Origin: a bacterium
GTDB lineage: Bacteria; UBA8248
Assembly (NCBI GenBank): GCA_965221165.1
Contig: CBDCRP010000003.1
Location: 1,632,001 to 1,696,000 of the forward strand
Length of the DNA: 64,000 nt
Direction of reading: 5' to 3'
Shown here piece by piece: positions 1-10,288 of the stretch. The translations under genes and the position numbers were made by a program. The stretch's first letter is position 1. Each line of letters opens with the position of its first letter. The notes under the pieces are model-generated. The model was not told the origin of the DNA and made no database searches. It saw only the letters and a list, made by a program, of their open reading frames with translations.

Positions 1-6
1 CGAGTC

Positions 7-849
7 TTGAATACGCTTTTCGAGACGAAAACGGAGCAAACTCCATTGTCGCGCTCACGAGGAACCAGACAGCAATATGTATGGTTGCGCGGACTGCTTG
101 CCCTGACTTTAAGCCTTGCGCTCCTGAGCACCCCCGCATCCTGCGCATGGGCGACGGACCACGACATCGACGAAGAAGAGCAGACGGTTGAATCCATAGA
201 CCCGCTCGAAGAGTTCAACCGCGCAGTCTTCGGTTTCAACGAAGTCCTGGACGCCGTCATCTTCCTGCCGCTCGCAAAAATATACCGGTTCATATTCCCC
301 AAACCCATCCGCGATTCGTTCCGCAACTTCATGCGGAACCTGAACGCCCCCTTCATACTGGCGAACGACATCCTCCAGGGAGAGGGCGCGCGCGCCGAGA
401 TTACCCTGAACCGGTTTTTGGTCAACACCACCCTGGGGGTGGGGGGACTCTTCGACGTGGCGAAAAACATGGGGCTTCCGCATCACGATGAGGATTTCGG
501 CCAGACCCTCGGCGTCTGGGGAATGGGCGAGGGGATATACCTCGTGCTCCCCTTTCTGGGGCCATCGACGGTTCGCGACGGTTTCGGCAAGGTGGGGGAC
601 GCCTTCATAAACCCGCTCAATTATGTGGGCGCCAGCGGTGACGATACGGAAAAAATCATTTTCGGAGAAAGATTCGACCTGGCGAATCTTCTTTTCGGGC
701 TGAGGCTCATGGAGGTCATCGACACCCGCGAGCGGCTCATCGAGCCCCTCGAACTGCTCAGAAAAGACCCCCTGAACCTGGACTACTACGCCCTCATCCG
801 CAGCGTCTTCCTCCAGAACCGCAAGCTCGAAATCTCGAACAAGAAATAA
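7..849 (+). CDS. mlaA: VacJ/MlaA family lipid-asymmetry lipoprotein
   Basis: DPLEEFNR, RFLVNTTLGVGGLFDVA, EDFGQTLGVWG and YLVLPFLGPSTVRD motifs; start uncertain. Confidence 0.9.
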   Translation: MNTLFETKTEQTPLSRSRGTRQQYVWLRGLLALTLSLALLSTPASCAWATDHDIDEEEQTVESIDPLEEFNRAVFGFNEVLDAVIFLPLAKIYRFIFPKPIRDSFRNFMRNLNAPFILANDILQGEGARAEITLNRFLVNTTLGVGGLFDVAKNMGLPHHDEDFGQTLGVWGMGEGIYLVLPFLGPSTVRDGFGKVGDAFINPLNYVGASGDDTEKIIFGERFDLANLLFGLRLMEVIDTRERLIEPLELLRKDPLNLDYYALIRSVFLQNRKLEISNKK

Positions 850-1042
850 ACTTCGCCGGGCGCGCGCCGTGCCTTTCGTCGGCCATACGCGGACTTGCGG
901 GAAAACGGGATTCCTACTCCCTGTCCTTGCCCTCATACACCTCGATGACGCGGGCGGCGTCGTCCTTGCCCCAGCCGCTCCTGCGCGCACCGCTTTTCAG
1001 GAGAAAGAGAATACCGCAAGATAGGGCGGAAATTTCATTCAC

Positions 1043-1639
1043 ATGGAGGTCTTCTTGGAAATTCTCGTGCCCGTCGTCATCGTGGGGTGCATCGCCTACG
1101 ACATCGGTTCGATCTCTCCCGCCTGGTTCGCCGCCAGGGCGAGGAGAATCGACTTGCGCGCGCATGGAGACGGCAACCTCGATTTCGCGAACGCCCGGGC
1201 CGTCCTGGGAGATCGCGTGGGAGCGCTCGTCTTCCTCGCCGATTTCCTGAAGGCGCAATTGGCGCTGGGCCTCGCCTGGTACATGAGCGGCTCCCCGTGG
1301 ATCGCCGCTCTGGCCTGCGTCGCCGTGGTGGCCGGTGAGATATGGCCGGTCTTTCACGGGTTTCGAGGCGGGCGCGGAACGGCGAGCGCGGCGGGCGCCC
1401 TGCTCGGCATATCGCCGTTCACCCTCGCGATCTGCGCGACCATCGCGCTGCTCGTCTCATCTTTAACCGGCAGGCGCGATCACGCGGAACTCATCGCCAT
1501 CCTGCTGCTGCCCGCCGTCGCCATTTTCGTCGGCAAGGGAGACATCCCCCTCATGAGCCTCACCATCATCCTGACCGGGTTGCTCCTCTGGACGCGCAGG
1601 GAACTCATAGGGGAACTGATAGGCGCCGAAAAAGAATAA
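1043..1639 (+). CDS. plsY: PlsY-like glycerol-3-phosphate acyltransferase (divergent motifs)
   Basis: Multi-TM protein with IDLRAHGDGN, DFLK and WPVFHGFRGGRG motifs; several consensus catalytic residues altered. Confidence 0.7.
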   Translation: MEVFLEILVPVVIVGCIAYDIGSISPAWFAARARRIDLRAHGDGNLDFANARAVLGDRVGALVFLADFLKAQLALGLAWYMSGSPWIAALACVAVVAGEIWPVFHGFRGGRGTASAAGALLGISPFTLAICATIALLVSSLTGRRDHAELIAILLLPAVAIFVGKGDIPLMSLTIILTGLLLWTRRELIGELIGAEKE

Positions 1640-1964
1640 AACCTAAAAAAAAAAGACCTTTACTACAACGCGGGACGATTACCACGGACGTGATCCTCGG
1701 AGCCACCGGTATTCTCGGTGGGCGAGCCGTTGTGAGAGCATCGCGGCGTGTTTTCATGGATGCGCAGGTTCCTGCGGCGGTGCGTGGCTGTTGTCGTTTT
1801 CCGCGCCTGGCGTACATCAGCCGGTCGGTTGCCGCTCCTCGTGACGGACACCTTCGCCTCGACTTGCCGGGATGCAGAGGGAATAACCGCACGCAAGAGG
1901 TGGCAACGCATTATGGACCTTGTGACCCTGCGTGAGGCATATGACTTCGCGCGGTCGTACACCC

Positions 1965-2963
1965 TCAGGGCTTCAGCACCACCTTGATGGCGGCGCCCGG
2001 CTGGTCCTGAATGGCGAACCCCTCGGGAGCATCATCCAGGTCGAGGGCATGGGAAATCAAGGGCCGGCGCCGGACCTTGCCGCTTTCAACGAGCTCGATG
2101 GCGCGGCGGTAGTCGTCCCCGGTCCAGGTCCAGGACCCATGGATGGCTACGTGTTTGCGCACCACCTGGTTGAAATCCAGAGCCGCGGGACGCTCGAACA
2201 GGGCGACAAAAACCAAACGGCCGTATTGCTGCTTCAGCATGAGCAGGCCCTGGTTTGGCGAAGACGGTGCGCCGGCGCAGTCAATCACCAGATCGGCGTT
2301 GCCGCCGCGAACGCCGAAACGCTCCACCGGCTTGGCGCCGCCCGTGAGTTCAATCACGGCTTCCACCGGGTCGGTTTCGGTCAGGTCGACGACGGCGTCG
2401 GCGCCGAGACGCTTGGCCATGTTCAAGCGGCGTTCGGAAACGTCGACGGCGATGACGCGGCAGTCGACGGTCGCCCGGATGGCCTGGACACAGCCGAGGC
2501 CGATAATGCCTGCGCCCAGCACAACCACCGTCTCACCGGCCGCGGGCCGTCCCAGGGACACGCCATGCAGAGAGGTGGCCAGCGGTTCAAGCGTCGCGCC
2601 GTCCTCGAAGCTGATGGGTTCCGGCAGGATGTGCGGGCTGCGTTCGGTAACGCGAACCGCCACGTACTCCGCGAAGCCGCCGTGCCCTAGCCCGGTGATG
2701 CGATCCCCGACCCGAAAGCCGCTGACCTTCTTCCCCACCTCGACGATTTCACCGCTCAGTTCATGACCCATGATGCGCCGGTTGTCGTCAATCGGGCGCC
2801 CCAGCACCTCGAACATGCCGAGGCGGTACATGTGCAGATCGGAACCGCAGATGCCGCACGCCCTCACCCGCACCAATACGTCATAATCACCGGTTTCCGG
2901 CCGCTCCACCTGCTCCACCCGGATGTCCCGCGGTCCGTGATATACGGCTGCCTTCATTCGCAT
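1965..2963 (-). CDS. Zn-dependent medium-chain alcohol dehydrogenase (threonine/sorbitol dehydrogenase-like)
   Basis: GICGSDLH, GHE and GAGIIG motifs; structural-Zn Cys loop absent. Confidence 0.9.
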   Translation of the reverse strand: MRMKAAVYHGPRDIRVEQVERPETGDYDVLVRVRACGICGSDLHMYRLGMFEVLGRPIDDNRRIMGHELSGEIVEVGKKVSGFRVGDRITGLGHGGFAEYVAVRVTERSPHILPEPISFEDGATLEPLATSLHGVSLGRPAAGETVVVLGAGIIGLGCVQAIRATVDCRVIAVDVSERRLNMAKRLGADAVVDLTETDPVEAVIELTGGAKPVERFGVRGGNADLVIDCAGAPSSPNQGLLMLKQQYGRLVFVALFERPAALDFNQVVRKHVAIHGSWTWTGDDYRRAIELVESGKVRRRPLISHALDLDDAPEGFAIQDQPGAAIKVVLKP

Positions 2964-3061
2964 GCATCGTCCCCTTCGCATCAACAGTGTCGGGTCGCCC
3001 GTATGAGCGAATCATACGGGCGGCCCGGTGCGGGAAAAGACAAAAACCAAGCAACCGACCC

Positions 3062-4489
3062 TTACAGCGCGGGACGCCGGTTCCGCAACTCGGGCGTCGC
3101 CGCCTCGTAGGCGTGTACCGCGCCGAGCACTTCCGCCTCCTCCCAGGGCCGGCCAATCACCTGGAGGGAGAGGGGCATCCCTTCTTCTTCCGAAAACCCC
3201 GTGGGAACCACCGCCGCCGGAAATCCCGTCAGGTTCTGGTGGGTGAGGAACGGCATGGTGAGGGCCAAGGAGTAATCCACCTCCTCGCCGTTGATCCGGG
3301 CCTTGATGTCGTCGATTCGCGGGGCGATGCACGGCAAAGAGGGCGTGAGGATGACGTCCGCCCGATCGAAAAGGCCCAGGACCTCGCGCCGCAGCGCCTC
3401 CCGCTCGCGCCCGGCCCGGATGTACTCGTCCAGGTCGGCCCCCGCGAGGCTCGCCTCCACCCGCTCGCGCGTGGAGCCGCCGTAGCCGCCCGGGTTCTTC
3501 TCATAAAGCGGCCTGTGGAACTCGGCGAACTCGCACTGGATGATGACGCGGCTCACCTGCATGAGACGCTCCGCCTCGGCGAAGGGCAGCGTCTCGACCT
3601 GCGCCCCCAATTCGCGGAACACGCCGACGGCTTGTTCGAAGGCTTGCATCACCTCGGCGTCCGCCTCGAAGCCGCCCGAAAGACCGGGGCACAGGCCCAC
3701 CCGCAGACCCTCCGCACCCGCATCGAGCAGGGCGGAAAAATCGGGGAGCGGCGCATCGCGGCTGTAGGGGTCTTCGGGGTCGTAGCCCGCCATCCCTTGT
3801 AAGAAGAGAGCGGCGTCTTGTGCTGTGCGGGCGATAGGCCCCACGTGGTCGTAGCTCAGGCAGTTGGGACACACGCCGCGCAGACTCACCCGCCCGTGGG
3901 TGGGTTTGAGCCCCACCAGCCCGCACAGCGACGAGGGCCCCCGGATAGAGCTCCCCGTGTCCGTCCCGATGGCGGCCGGGCAAAGGCCCGCCGCGACCGA
4001 GACGGCCGAGCCGGTGCTGGAGCCTCCCGTCATGCGTGTCAAGTCCCACGGATTGCGCGCGGTGCCGAAGTGCGCGTTTTGGCTCAGCGGCCCGGAGGCG
4101 AACTCCTGGGTATGGCATTTTCCCAGCAGAATGGCGCCTGCGCGCTTGAGACGGGCGACGCATTCCGCGTCCTCCTCGGGTATGCGGTCGCGAAAGAAAC
4201 TCGACCCGCGCGTCGTCCGCACGCCCGCCGTGTCGATGATGTCCTTGACGCCGAAGGGAACCCCGTGCAGCGGGCCCCGCCTGCGCCCGGCGGCTATCTC
4301 CTCCTGCGCGCGCCTGGCTTCTTCCAGCGCGGCGTCGGCCGTCACCTCGAGAAAACCCAGGATACGGGGATTGAGCGAATCGATGCGCCCCAAATGCGCC
4401 TCGACCACGTCGACGGGAGAGAGTTCTCCCTCCCCGATTCGCTCGGAAAGCTCATGAATCTCCAGCCAGAAAATATCTTCTCCGCTCAT
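3062..4489 (-). CDS. Amidase signature family enzyme
   Basis: GPLHGVPFGVKD, GGSSTGS, GTDTGSSIRGP; start at MSGEDIF after GAGGAGG. Confidence 0.92.
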   Translation of the reverse strand: MSGEDIFWLEIHELSERIGEGELSPVDVVEAHLGRIDSLNPRILGFLEVTADAALEEARRAQEEIAAGRRRGPLHGVPFGVKDIIDTAGVRTTRGSSFFRDRIPEEDAECVARLKRAGAILLGKCHTQEFASGPLSQNAHFGTARNPWDLTRMTGGSSTGSAVSVAAGLCPAAIGTDTGSSIRGPSSLCGLVGLKPTHGRVSLRGVCPNCLSYDHVGPIARTAQDAALFLQGMAGYDPEDPYSRDAPLPDFSALLDAGAEGLRVGLCPGLSGGFEADAEVMQAFEQAVGVFRELGAQVETLPFAEAERLMQVSRVIIQCEFAEFHRPLYEKNPGGYGGSTRERVEASLAGADLDEYIRAGREREALRREVLGLFDRADVILTPSLPCIAPRIDDIKARINGEEVDYSLALTMPFLTHQNLTGFPAAVVPTGFSEEEGMPLSLQVIGRPWEEAEVLGAVHAYEAATPELRNRRPAL

Positions 4490-4650
4490 GGTACGCCCTC
4501 CTCGGGAACGCGCTCCCTCCCCCTGAATACCCGGATGCGAACCCCCTCGCGGATAAGCCGTTTTCATCCGTCGGGCCGCATCCCGGATGCGCCGGGGATG
4601 GGTGTGCAGTTTTCGGTTTTCAGCACGATGTAGAGTATGCTTTTGTATCT

Positions 4651-4666
4651 TAGCACGATCATGCTA
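4651..4666. promoter_or_regulatory. Palindrome TAGCA-N6-TGCTA in the divergent amidase/ABC intergenic region (candidate operator)
   Basis: TAGCACGATCATGCTA within an AT-rich divergent promoter region; regulator unknown. Confidence 0.35.
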
Positions 4667-4790
4667 TAGTGCGGAGCATACTTCTCGTCGCATTCCATAC
4701 CCCTCTCCTGAAGGAGTGTTGCGGCATGGATGGTTACTGCTCCAGGCCTTCCCTGCATCGCGCCGAGTCATACACGCAGGAGGCGTGAGA

Positions 4791-5648
4791 ATGGCTTTCT
4801 GGCTCACCCAGTTGTTCAACGGCGTTTCCTACGGCGCCATCGTTTTCCTGCTCGCGATGGGTTTATCTCTCATATTCGGCGTCATGAAGGTCATCAACGT
4901 CACGCACGGAACCTATTTCCTCGTGGGCGCATACTTCGGACTCACGACCCTCAAGCAGACGGGGAATTTTTTCCTCGCCATCCTGATCGGCGGAGTCGCG
5001 ATCGCGATCCTGGGCGTAGTGATCGAGCGCATCTTTTTGCGCCGCCTTCAGGGGAACGACCTGGGCCAGGTCCTCATCACCATGGGCTTCGTTCTCGTTC
5101 TTCAGGACGCGATTCTCGTCATCTGGGGGCCCGACCCGGTCAGCATGGATGCGCCGAAGTTCCTGGCCAGCACGGGACGGATCGGGGGATTCTCCTTTCC
5201 GATGTACAGGTTGTTCCTCATCCTATTCGCCGCGGTAACGGCGGCGGCGCTGTGGTTCTTCGAGAGCAGGACCAAAATCGGCTCCTCGGTGAGAGCGGCT
5301 GTGGATGACGTGGAGATGGCGGGGGGGATGGGGGTAAACGTGCCCGTCGTGTTCAGCCTGGTTTTCGGACTCGGCTCGTTCCTGGCCGGCATGGGTGGCG
5401 TTCTGGCGGCGCCCTGGCTCGGCATCCATTCGGGGCTGGACTTTGAAATTCTACCGTTCGCTTTCGTCGCCGTTATCGTGGGTGGAATGGGCAGCCTCAA
5501 AGGCGCAATCATCGCCAGTTTGCTTGTAGGCATTATCGACAACATCGGGAAAACATTCTTCCCGGAATTCGCCTATTTCACCATATTCTTGCCCATGGCC
5601 GTCATCCTGGCGATTCGGCCCGCCGGGCTGTTCGGGAGAGCGATGTGA
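4791..5648 (+). CDS. livH: Branched-chain amino acid-type ABC transporter permease
   Basis: GLSLIFGVMKVINVTHG, GGMGSLKGA; RBS AGGAGG. Confidence 0.9.
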   Translation: MAFWLTQLFNGVSYGAIVFLLAMGLSLIFGVMKVINVTHGTYFLVGAYFGLTTLKQTGNFFLAILIGGVAIAILGVVIERIFLRRLQGNDLGQVLITMGFVLVLQDAILVIWGPDPVSMDAPKFLASTGRIGGFSFPMYRLFLILFAAVTAAALWFFESRTKIGSSVRAAVDDVEMAGGMGVNVPVVFSLVFGLGSFLAGMGGVLAAPWLGIHSGLDFEILPFAFVAVIVGGMGSLKGAIIASLLVGIIDNIGKTFFPEFAYFTIFLPMAVILAIRPAGLFGRAM

Positions 5649-6598
5649 CGGGTGATCTTTTCACCAACCGAGGAAGAGTCGTTGCGATCGCCGCGGGGTT
5701 GGCTTTTTTTGGCATATCTCCGCTGTTCCTGGATGAATTCTCCGTGATCGTCCTGAACCAGTGTGTGATCTGGGGGATTCTCGCCCTAAGCCTCGACCTC
5801 ATGCTGGGCTACACGGGCATGGCCTCGCTGGGCCACGCGGCCTATTTCGGCACGGGGGCCTATGCGACGGCAATCATGTCGGTGAACTACGGGGCTTCGT
5901 TCATCGAAGCGCTCGCCGTCGCGTTGATCGTCGCCGCGGTAATAACGGCCATCTGCGCGATTGTCGCGCTGCGGGCCTCGGGCGTGTATTTCCTGATGAT
6001 CACGTTTGCTCTGGCCATGCTCGTTTGGGGGCTCGCCTACCGCTGGGACTCGATGACCGGCGGCGAAAACGGCATCGCGGGCATCGAGCGCCCGCTATTC
6101 CTGGAAGATACGGTCGTCTATTACTACTTCACCTTCCTCGTGGCCGCCGGCGTCTTCTTGTTCTTCTGCGTTCTCGTTCATTCCTGTTTTGGAAAGACGT
6201 TGGTGGGAATCCGCGAGAGTGAGTCCCGGATGCGGGCCCTGGGGTACAACGTATGGCTCCACAAGTTCATCATCTACATGATCTCGGGCATGTTCAGCGG
6301 CCTGGCCGGTTTTCTGTGGGCGTACTACAACAGCTACGTCGCTCCGACCGACGTCGAACTGGTGACCTCGTTCAACGCCCTGCTGATGGTTTCGCTGGGA
6401 GGAGCGGGAACGCTGGCCGGAGCCATTCTGGGCTCGACCATATTCATCATTCTCGACAACACCGTGAACATGTTTACCGAACGCTCGCTGACCGTCGTGG
6501 GTTGCATCTACATCGTGGTGGTTCTTTTCGCGCCCCAGGGCATCATGGGCTTCATCAAGCAGCTAAGGATGCGGGCTCACGAAGCGGACAACGAATGA
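5645..6598 (+). CDS. livM: Branched-chain amino acid-type ABC transporter permease
   Basis: SLDLMLGYTGMASLGHAAYFG, TGGENG; GTGA overlap with livH. Confidence 0.9.
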   Translation: MTGDLFTNRGRVVAIAAGLAFFGISPLFLDEFSVIVLNQCVIWGILALSLDLMLGYTGMASLGHAAYFGTGAYATAIMSVNYGASFIEALAVALIVAAVITAICAIVALRASGVYFLMITFALAMLVWGLAYRWDSMTGGENGIAGIERPLFLEDTVVYYYFTFLVAAGVFLFFCVLVHSCFGKTLVGIRESESRMRALGYNVWLHKFIIYMISGMFSGLAGFLWAYYNSYVAPTDVELVTSFNALLMVSLGGAGTLAGAILGSTIFIILDNTVNMFTERSLTVVGCIYIVVVLFAPQGIMGFIKQLRMRAHEADNE

Positions 6599-6647
6599 TC
6601 GGTCCACTCGGGGGCCGTCATCGTCCATAAGAAGAGGAGGAATTTCC

Positions 6648-7907
6648 ATGATTCGAAAACGCATCGTTTTTCTCGTCGTTCCCCTCGCTTTTGCACTCGC
6701 TGCTCTAATCGCCGCCGGGCCTGCGCTTGCGGCGAAGGGGCCCATCAAAATCGGATTGCTCACCTCCAAGAAGGGGGTTCTCGCCAAGCACGGCTCCGAC
6801 CAGATGAACGCCCTCAAGGTGTTTCGTGAGAAGTTCGGGGACAAGGTCGCCGGCCGCGAGGTGAAATTCTTCGTGGAAGACAACGAGAGCAAAGTGGCCC
6901 TGGCCGTGACCCGGGTGCGGAAGCTCCTCACGCGGGACAAGGTCCATATCGCGATGGGCGGTCTTTTCGGCTCGACCGGCTACGCGATTGCGCCGTTGGC
7001 CGACCGGTACAAGACCCCAATCCTCATCTGGTCCTGTCCCGATGATATTTCCAAGCGAAAGCGCAAGAAATACGCAATCACGTATTTCTCTTGCAGCCAG
7101 CCCATGCACGCATTCGCCCATTGGGTGCGGACGTCGATGCCGAACATCAAGAGGGTGATTACCCTCGGCCCCGATTACGCGTTCGGCTATGAGTCGACGG
7201 GCGGCTTCCAGCAGGTGTTCGAAGACATGGGCGGCAAGGTGGTCCAAAAGATGTATATGCCCATCAGCACGGTGGATTACGGACCCTACATCGGCAAGCT
7301 TCGAAAGGACGCCGACGCCCTCTTCATCACCCTGGCGGGAGCGGTGCAGGCCCTGCGGCTGCCCAAACAACTGAAGGAGGCGGGTCTGGCGAACAAGTAC
7401 CTGATTCTGGGCAACGGAACGAATACGGACGAATTTGTCCTCTATGCCCAAGGTGATGAAGTGCTCGGCTGGATTTCGGGCCTGATCTACAGCGCCGACA
7501 TCCAGACCAAGGACAACCAGGATTTCGTCAAGGCGTTCAGGAAACACGCCAAGAAAGACCCCGGCTACTACGCCGAGGGGTATTACGGCGGACTGCGGCT
7601 CATCTACAAGGCGATCGAAGTCGTAGGCGGCAACGTGGAGGACAAGGACAAATTCTTCAGCACGTTGAGGAGCCTGAAGGTGGCCACCGGCTTGCCGGCG
7701 GGGCCGAGGGAGTCCGACGGCCACGGGACGTTCAAGATGAACGTGTACGTCCGCATGGTCATGAAGGATGAAACCGGCGTGAAGAAAAACAAGGTTTTGG
7801 CGGTCATCCCGAACGTGGGCCAGTTCTGGACGTACAAACCGGATGAATTCATGAAGCGGCCGCCCTACAGCAGGGATTACCCCCCATGCAAGAACTGCGG
7901 GAAGTAA
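6648..7907 (+). CDS. ABC transporter substrate-binding protein (LivK/Leu-binding fold)
   Basis: Signal peptide, PIKIG, DYAFGYE, DYGPYI; inside the liv-type operon. Confidence 0.88.
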   Translation: MIRKRIVFLVVPLAFALAALIAAGPALAAKGPIKIGLLTSKKGVLAKHGSDQMNALKVFREKFGDKVAGREVKFFVEDNESKVALAVTRVRKLLTRDKVHIAMGGLFGSTGYAIAPLADRYKTPILIWSCPDDISKRKRKKYAITYFSCSQPMHAFAHWVRTSMPNIKRVITLGPDYAFGYESTGGFQQVFEDMGGKVVQKMYMPISTVDYGPYIGKLRKDADALFITLAGAVQALRLPKQLKEAGLANKYLILGNGTNTDEFVLYAQGDEVLGWISGLIYSADIQTKDNQDFVKAFRKHAKKDPGYYAEGYYGGLRLIYKAIEVVGGNVEDKDKFFSTLRSLKVATGLPAGPRESDGHGTFKMNVYVRMVMKDETGVKKNKVLAVIPNVGQFWTYKPDEFMKRPPYSRDYPPCKNCGK

Positions 7908-8028
7908 GGGCCGGTTAAATACCTGAACAAGGGCCGCCGCGCGCGGAACCAGGGTTTTTCCTTATCCGCGCGCGGTGATCCCCGCATCCCCGCCGGCGTC
8001 GGCTGAACGAGTGTAAGGAGGTTGCGCT

Positions 8029-8808
8029 TTGGAGCAGGAAACCCGCGAGGTTTCGAAACCTGAGTCCGCCGCATGCCTGAAAGTAGAGGGGCTCTCCAAA
8101 CACTTCGGCGGACTGGTAGCGGTCAAGAACGTCGACCTCGCCGTGGAGAACGGCGAACGCCGGGGCATCATCGGCCCGAACGGAGCGGGGAAGACGACGT
8201 TTTTCAACATGATCGCAGGCGAACTCGACCCGACGCACGGAAGGGTGCATCTCTACGGAGAGGATATCACGCGGCTGTCGACCCATCAGCGCACTCACCT
8301 CGGCATGGCCAGGACCTTCCAGATCACCAACCTGTTCCCCAACCTCTCCGTGTTGGACAACGTCCTGCTGGCGGCGCAGGCTCTGGACAGGTCGAAGTTC
8401 TCGATGATCCGCACCATCAAGAGCCATCGGCATATCTACCAGAAAGCCGAGGAGATGATGGGGAGGCTCAAGCTCTGGGATATTCAGAGCCATCTCGTGA
8501 AGAACCTCTCGCACGGTTACCAGAGGCAAATCGAGATTGCCCTCGCCCTGGTCGAAAACCCTAAACTACTGCTTCTCGATGAACCCACGGCCGGGCTCTC
8601 GCCCGCCGAATCCGCCGAGGTGGTTTCCCTCCTCAAGGATCTCGATTCGGATATGACGATGCTCATCATCGAGCACGACATGGACGTCGCTTTCGAACTG
8701 GTGGACAAGCTCATGGTCATGCACGAGGGAGAAGTCATCGCCGACGGTCCCAAAGAAGAAGTCCGCGCGAACCAGACCGTTCAGGAGATATACTTAGGCT
8801 ATGACTGA
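8029..8808 (+). CDS. livG: ABC transporter ATP-binding protein
   Basis: GPNGAGKTT, ARTFQ, LLLDEP, IEHDM. Confidence 0.92.
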   Translation: MEQETREVSKPESAACLKVEGLSKHFGGLVAVKNVDLAVENGERRGIIGPNGAGKTTFFNMIAGELDPTHGRVHLYGEDITRLSTHQRTHLGMARTFQITNLFPNLSVLDNVLLAAQALDRSKFSMIRTIKSHRHIYQKAEEMMGRLKLWDIQSHLVKNLSHGYQRQIEIALALVENPKLLLLDEPTAGLSPAESAEVVSLLKDLDSDMTMLIIEHDMDVAFELVDKLMVMHEGEVIADGPKEEVRANQTVQEIYLGYD

Positions 8809-9526
8809 TAACGGCCCGATGCTGAAAGTAGATGAGATTCATACCTATTACGGGGACAGCTACGTCCTGCAGGGACTCTCCCTCGAGATAGCCGAGGGCC
8901 AGGTCATGGCCGTCCTGGGCAGAAACGGCATGGGCAAGACCACGCTCATTCGCTCCATCATCGGATTCACGAAGCCGCGCACGGGAAAAGTCACCTTCGA
9001 GGGCGCCGACATCACGGGCTTACAACCGCACGAGATAGTAAACCTCGGCGTGGCCCTCGTGCCGCAGGGACGGCGCATCTTCCCCTCGCTCACCGTGATG
9101 GAGAATCTCCTGCTCGGAGAAAAACAAGGCTCCGCCGATGACGGCGAAGAACCCTGGGATATGGAGCGGGTGCTGACTCTCTTTCCGCGCCTCAAGGAAC
9201 GCCTGGGCAACATGGGGAATCAGTTGAGCGGCGGGGAGCAGCAGATGCTGGCTTTCGCCCGCTCCCTGATGACGAACCCGAAGATGCTCCTGCTGGACGA
9301 GCCCACCGAGGGACTTGCGCCTCTTCTGGTGCGCGCGATGGGAGAAATTCTTTCAAAACTAAAAGAGAGCAAGCTCGCCATCCTGCTCGTCGAGCAGAAC
9401 ATGAAGTTTGCGCTCGCCTCGTGCGATTACGTGCACGTGCTGAACCGGGGCCGCGTGGTGCACTCCTCCACGCCCGAGGAGCTTTCCGAAAACGAGGAAA
9501 TCAAATCCCGCTTCCTGGGCGTCTGA
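8801..9526 (+). CDS. livF: ABC transporter ATP-binding protein
   Basis: GRNGMGKTT, LSGGEQQM, LLDEP, VEQN. Confidence 0.92.
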   Translation: MTDNGPMLKVDEIHTYYGDSYVLQGLSLEIAEGQVMAVLGRNGMGKTTLIRSIIGFTKPRTGKVTFEGADITGLQPHEIVNLGVALVPQGRRIFPSLTVMENLLLGEKQGSADDGEEPWDMERVLTLFPRLKERLGNMGNQLSGGEQQMLAFARSLMTNPKMLLLDEPTEGLAPLLVRAMGEILSKLKESKLAILLVEQNMKFALASCDYVHVLNRGRVVHSSTPEELSENEEIKSRFLGV

Positions 9527-9568
9527 TTCGCAAGCGAACCCGCCCTGGACTTATCGTAAACCCGGAAT

Positions 9569-10255
9569 TCAACCCCCCGACTCGGCTGATGCCGGGAGCG
9601 CTTCTTCCTCCTCGCCGGATGCGCCCTCTTTCGCCCACCAGCAGTTGTTCATGAACTCGACGAAATCTTTTTTCTCGAGCACGGCGGATTTGGTGAAAAG
9701 GGTCATCTGGTCCGTACCTTCTATGTCGCTCTCGAGCGCGTCGGTGAAGCGGTTCCACATGTTGAAATACCCCGAAACCAGCGTCGCCTCGACGAGTTGG
9801 GCGTGATCGTAGTGTTTCTTCATGTTCGCAAGCGCTTCTGGGTTCTGGGCGAACGTGTATTTCGTGAGGTGATACGTCCAGGCGATCGCCGCCTTCTCGG
9901 CGTCGGTGAACAGATCCGAATCCTGATACGCATCGTCCCTTACCGCGTCAATCTGCTCATCCGACAGCCCGCACGCTCGACCGAACGTGACGTTGTGGGC
10001 CGTTCAGTACTTACACCCGTTTTCCATCGAGGTCTTGAGGATCAGCAGCGCCTTGGTCTTCGCGTCGAGCACGTCGGTAATCTCGGCCCGGCACAGCGAG
10101 AGCAAAAAGCCGAACAGCGGCTGAAGCATCTTGGGGCTGGCCGAACTCACCCGTATCGCGTTCGCCACGCGGCCGAACATCTTGCGGCTCGCGTCAAACA
10201 CCACGGCGGCCTCGGGACCCGCCTCCTCATCACTCAGAATCGGTAGTTGCGCCAT
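9569..10255 (-). CDS. AhpD/carboxymuconolactone decarboxylase-like selenoprotein (CxxU), 228 aa with read-through of TGA 10004-10006
   Basis: Track ORFs 10004..10255 and 9569..9823 are in the same frame with only one TGA between them: ...SMENGCKY-U-TAHNVTFGRACGLSDEQI...; TGA sits at the second Cys of the AhpD CxxCxxH motif; SECIS-like hairpin follows. Confidence 0.85.
9964..10003 (-). promoter_or_regulatory. Bacterial SECIS-like hairpin
   Basis: Directly after the UGA: ACGGCCC..CACGTTC-GGTC-GAGCGTG..GGGCTGT; G-led GGUC apical loop starting 21 nt after the UGA. Confidence 0.7.
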
Positions 10256-10288
10256 TTGAATTTCCTCTCCCCTTTCGGTTGTCCGATC

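Noticed and set aside
3062-4489. gatA (also 54045-55463)
   Set aside because: No adjacent gatB or gatC; two paralogs next to transporters indicate general amidases.
9569-10255. Alternative genetic code (TGA = Trp or Gly) as the reason for the in-frame TGAs
   Set aside because: Many normal genes here end in TGA (including ATGA/GTGA overlaps), and I found internal TGAs only at redox-Cys positions.
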